The notes below the pieces were generated by a model, which was given only the letters and a program-made list of their open reading frames with translations, had not been told where the DNA came from and searched no databases. Shown in pieces: positions 35,320 through 39,731 of a DNA stretch of 39,731 nucleotides (position 1 is its first letter; every line of letters begins with the position of its first letter). Made by a program: the position numbers and the translations under genes. Source of the stretch: Octopus bimaculoides (Eukaryota); contig NC_069000.1 of NCBI RefSeq assembly GCF_001194135.2, forward strand, positions 5,236,470-5,276,200, written 5' to 3'.

Positions 35320-36415
35320 AGCCCCAGGAGACATCGTCTCCAGCTGGTTATAAGACACGATCTGTGTCCTTATATTTTCGAACAAGCTCAAAACAGCATC
35401 TGTGTATCGCAAAGACACTAGTCTACAGGAATTAAATAAAAGGCCCAGGAATCTAACACAAGGTACAAAGCTTAACACTGTGAAAGTAGTATTGACGGCT
35501 ATTTTGCAAGAAAGAAGGAGGTAGAGGTTTGTTAAATGCAGAATACGCCATTTGTACTGTAATTCTGGTTTTGAAACCGATGCATTGTGAAGAAGCAATG
35601 TTATCGGTAGCCAAAAATATCCAAAATGTCACTGAAAGAGAAAAAGAAGTGAGAAAGACAGGATAAATAATTGGAAAGAGAAGGAATTGCATGGTCATTT
35701 TATGCAAGAAACCGAGGATGCTGCAAGTAATATACACTGGTTGTGGTTGACATATGAAAGCCCGAAACGGAGAATTGAAATGCCAATTATAACCGCTCAG
35801 GAACAAGTCGTTAGAATGTACTTGATATATGCAAAAATTGGCAAAACTCTGTCAGTAAAAGCAGAAACTGTTGAACTGGAGACAAAAATATAAACCAATT
35901 CTTGAGTGAATGCATGAAGAAAAAAATAGTATAAGCACGGGCATGAATGTATAGGTGACAGAGTGAATTGAAATGTTACATGACTGCGTACATTCTAAAT
36001 GATACAAACCAAAATGGATGCAGTCCAGAGGTTGATACAGAGAATAATCATTGTAGGATTTATGGTAATTCTCGGTAAAAATGGAAGCAAAGAGACTAGA
36101 TATGATTGTAGAAGCCAAGAAAGAAATAAAAATTGTAAATATCATAAATTTCGTAATATCATATGTTAATAGATAATAATGATACCAAATATCTTTAGAA
36201 AACAGAGAAATATCGGGACCTCACCAGAGATGAAGAGATTGCGGAAGATGAAAAGGAGAATTATTCCTGTGGTAATTGGTGATCCTGGCTCAGTACCCAA
36301 ACTGCTGCTTAAATAACTGAAGCATACTGCAAGTGAAACATAAATGATTGTCGACCAACAGAAAAGTGTTATCTTCTTTTCTGCTGGAATCTTGCAACGC
36401 TCACCAGAAACGCCA
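35320..36415 (+). mobile_element. R4/Dong-clade non-LTR retrotransposon relic (post-RT region, CCHC finger, restriction-like endonuclease)
   Basis: Fragmented translations match R4/Dong ORF C-termini in the correct order: LQELNKRPRNL (~35415), RLFCKKEGGRGLLNAE (35496), LHGHF...WLWLT...IITAQEQ (35687-35805), RNC*TGDKNINQFLSEC..YKHGHECIG (degenerate CCHC), EAKRLDMIVEAKKEIKIVNIINF (PD-(D/E)xK-like), EKYRDL, IIPVVIGDPGSVPK, QKSVIFFSAGILQR. Many stops and frameshifts. KSYFERLKML at ~35139 may be a further upstream piece. Confidence 0.85.
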
Positions 36416-36454
36416 ACTGTATATGTATGTATATGACAATCTTCATATCTAGAT

Positions 36455-36605
36455 TTGAATCTCTACCAAATCAACTCACACACGTTTGAACGATCCCCAC
36501 CCCGAAACTATAGTGGAATAACTTGCCGAGGACACCACGCACTAACATCCGGAACCCTGTGATTTGGAAGCGATCTTCCAACCACAGCTGCCGGTCTGCG
36601 CTTCT
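36455..36605 (-). mobile_element. SINE family B, diverged 5' head
   Basis: CTACCAAATCAACTCAC...ACTATAGTGGAATAACTTGCCGAGGACACCACGC...CCGGAACCCTGTGATTTGGAAGCGATCTTCCAACCACAGC parallels 26565-26700. Confidence 0.65.
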
Positions 36606-37281
36606 GTAGATCATTCCTCAAAATAATGCTCTTCTATGAATTATTAAACGTTTTCTTTTTCTTTTTGTTTTTACTAGGAAACATGCAGTCAACATCAGTA
36701 TTGCATTTAGCAATGCATAGTGAATTGACATGTCGACACACGACAGAGAACTGAAGACCCATGCGACAATCTTTATCCATCAACAGTGAAAGGTAGAAAA
36801 TACAAGAAACGACTTTGAACGATGCTCGATGCCACTTCAAACACGTCATAAAAGCTACAGCCTTATACAAGGTAATCGATGCATCGATACTAGAAAAATA
36901 CATATCCAGATTTGATCCATTCTGAACAAAGAAGATCAATCATACAGAGAGAAAGGTGGATGATAACTATATATATATATCACGTAACAACATAAGAACG
37001 AGGGACGTTTTACGTGGTCTTTAGACTTGTTAGAAATAACAGTCAAATCTTCCTTAAATCACACCCGACCGTGTTTCAAAGAATGTATTATATTATTCAC
37101 CACTTTATTCTGAATATCTGGAAAATTATGGAAAGATCTTGGCTCTAATAGTTTCAATAATAATAAGACCTTGCACCAAACAATAACAGCAAAAACAGCA
37201 GAGAGAGGTTCGGTCGATGGCAACGCTGTAAGTGTATTAGCCAATAATCTGACTAATACAAATAATGGGAGAGCTGTTAAC

Positions 37282-37348
<67 letters not shown>
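37282..37348. repeat. (GTA)n
   Basis: Direct reading. Confidence 0.95.
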
Positions 37349-37984
37349 ATTTCACCGACTAGTATCTTGGTCATAGAAACGATATAAAAATGACAAAACA
37401 CAAAAACCGTGTAAATAGTTCTGGTGGTTAACAAATAAACCAAAGGTATATTTTAATGGCATCGAGAAACTCAGAAAGGTTAAAGTTGCCAAACCATTCT
37501 TTTAATGCGCCACATCACCGAAAACGTTTACATCAATCGTCTCAATTAAGGCTAATTAACAACCTCTATGCATTTGTTAAGTGAGGTTTGCCAAGACTGA
37601 AATTTTGTCACACTGCATTATTTAATTATAAAGTTGTTTTCCTATTGCCTCCCTCGCCCAGAAATATTCATTAGCTTAATGGAATGTTATCCTCATTATA
37701 GATGTTATTTTATGTAATGTGTCTATGTGTGAAATAATGAAAATTCTCTGGTTCACTACATAAATTATATCGTCACTAAATTAACCATTTCGTTTTCATG
37801 CTGTCCGTGTACTTGAGTAATCTCGCCTCGTTATTCACTTACCAGTCAACATTCACATTACCCAGATAATGAACAGTAAGTTGACATGGTTTGCAACAGA
37901 CAGGCACGCTGCACCATCAATTGCAATTAAAAACATGCAGTGAAGGAGACACGATAATTCCTAAAAATTCCTTTGATTATCCTT

Positions 37985-38389
37985 TATTTGTTTTAGTCAT
38001 TTAGATTGCGGCCATGCTGGTGCACTGCGCTGAAGGATTTCAGCCGACTCCAGTATCTATTAGTTTAAGCTTGGTGCTTATTCTATCAGTGCATTTGCCG
38101 AACTGCTAGGTTGCGAAGACGAGTGCACACTTACACAGGTTGTGAAGCGGTGGAAGGGATAGACACAGGCATAGACACACATACACACATAAACACACAT
38201 CTCATACACACACACATAGACACAAACACACATAGACACAAACACACAAACACACACACAAACACGCACACAAACACACACAAACACACACACACAAACA
38301 CACACAAATACACATGCACACACGCACCACAAACACACATAAACGCATAAACACATGCATACCTACACACACGCACGCACACACACACA

Positions 38390-38442
<53 letters not shown>

Positions 38443-38475
38443 GCGATTTCGTCGGCTCGATCCTACTGTAGAAGA
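37985..38475 (-). mobile_element. SINE family B, diverged copy with expanded internal (CA)n
   Basis: TTTTAGTCATTTAGATTGCGGCCATGCTGGTGCACTGC...CTTATTCTATCAGTGCATTTGCCGAACTGCTAGGTT, then ~280 bp of degenerate (CA)n, then CCTACTGTAGAAGAC, a head remnant. Confidence 0.7.
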
Positions 38476-38839
38476 CGATCAAACTAAATCATAATCAAAA
38501 CTTAGGTGTTGAATTAAAACTAATATGACAGACAACGAACTTATGCATTTAACATTGCAATGTGGATTTCATCTTTGAAAATCTACTAGAAAACCATAGA
38601 CAGGCATGGCATATTTACTTTTAACAACACACATAGAAAAGTTCCAGAAAATAACAATATTAAGATATACAAATTTGATGGAGATTTTTCAGATAGAATT
38701 TATTAACCTTCAGGAAATTTATGCATGGTTTCCCAAGATGTAATTAAGTCTATATTTACTGAAGAGAGGAAAAAATTGATGCCGTTCTCCTACCATGTGA
38801 AGCATTCTTTCTTTTTGGCTTCAAATTTTTATACAACAA

Positions 38840-39028
38840 TTTTAAGAGCCAAGGTTAGACAATTACATCGACCTTAGTGTTAAATGGCTAATATTCTTTA
38901 GTCTTCGAAACGGTGACAGGCAAAGTTAACTTCGGCGGAATTTGAATACAGGAGGTAGAGTGCTGGAAGAAATGCCGCTAGGCATTGTGTCCGGTAAATC
39001 ATTAATGATTCTAGCAGCTCAGCAACTT
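38840..39028 (-). mobile_element. SINE family A
   Basis: GGCAAAGTTAACTTCGGCGGAATTTGAATAC...GAAATGCCGCTAGGCATTGTGTCCGG, same family as 39075-39262. Confidence 0.75.
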
Positions 39029-39074
39029 GAGATATAAATCAATAGATAAATAAATAAATAGATAAATAATAATT

Positions 39075-39262
39075 TCTTTCGTAAGTCTGAAATTTATGGG
39101 GGCAACCCCAGTCTTTACGTAACTCGTATTTAATTTATCGACCTCGAAAAAATGAGAGGCAAAGTCGACCTCGGTGGAATTTGAACTCGGAACGTGAGGA
39201 CAGACGAAATGCCGCTAAGCATCTTGTCCGGCGTGCTAACAACTCTACTAGCCAGCCGACTT
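39075..39262 (-). mobile_element. tRNA-headed SINE, family 'A'
   Basis: The minus strand reads GGCTGGCTAGTAGAGTTGTTAGCACGCCGGACAAGATGCTTAGCGGCATTTCGTCTG...GAGTTCAAATTCCACCGAGGTCGACTTTGCCTCTC, with a B-box-like GAGTTCAAATTCC. Confidence 0.85.
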
Positions 39263-39264
39263 AA

Positions 39265-39499
39265 GAAGAATAACAACAACAAAAACAGCAGCAGCAACAA
39301 CAACAACAATACTACTACAACTACTACTACTACTACTACTAATAATAATAATAATAATAACTTATACTATAGACACAAAGCCTGCTCTACTGGTACTTAT
39401 TACATCGGCCCCGAAAGGATGAAAGGCAACGTAGTCCTCAGTCTAATAATAGTGATAATGGAGGTAATAAGAATTATGATGATGATGATGATGACGATG

Positions 39500-39550
<51 letters not shown>

Positions 39551-39688
39551 CAAGATCGATTAAACTACATACGAGACATGTATAGGAGTTTATACAATAA
39601 TCTATACCCTACGACTACTAATTTCTCTTGTTTGGATAAAAATCATTATTCTTGTCTTCCGCCCAAATAATATACCATACTATACTAT

Positions 39689-39731
<43 letters not shown>
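39265..39731. repeat. (AAC/ACT/AAT/GAT)n tracts and terminal (TA)n
   Basis: Direct reading. Confidence 0.9.
39385..39432 (-). mobile_element. SINE family A fragment
   Basis: TGGTACTTATTACATCGGCCCCGAAAGGATGAAAGGCAACGT. Confidence 0.65.

Noticed and set aside
35453-35806. 117-aa minus-strand ORF
   Set aside because: It is the antisense frame of the R4/Dong relic.
39170-39262. tRNA-like sequences with A/B boxes (also 26640-26705 and 19861-19940)
   Set aside because: They are SINE heads joined to SINE bodies, with no complete cloverleaf or anticodon arm, so not tRNA genes.

Overview
This is AT-rich eukaryotic non-coding DNA, dense in microsatellites, with 11 N-gaps (~2.75 kb), most of which abut simple repeats. 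The SINE families and repeat landscape look like a coleoid cephalopod (Octopus-like) genome; this is recognition from memory, not a database result. I cannot support any intact protein-coding gene, and almost all long ORFs in the track are translations of microsatellites or Ns. The supportable content is a transposon graveyard: (i) a 5'-truncated, frameshifted Tx1/L1-clade LINE (31.8-33.1 kb) running directly into a ~1.3 kb (TTC)n tract; (ii) a decayed R4/Dong-clade LINE with a restriction-like endonuclease (35.3-36.4 kb); (iii) a possible second Tx1-type 3' fragment (18.8-18.96 kb); (iv) two internally deleted Tc1/mariner transposase relics with a DUF4817-like N-terminal HTH (9.9-10.35 kb minus, 23.35-24.09 kb plus); (v) two short TIR-bounded MITEs; (vi) about 16 copies or fragments of three tRNA-headed SINE families. 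The best leads are a possible TTC-targeting (Koshi-like) Tx1 element, a one-sided orientation of one SINE family, inverted SINE pairs that could form dsRNA, a SINE carrying its own expandable microsatellite, and a few unassigned exon/ORF candidates. I do not see a clearly novel multi-gene system.
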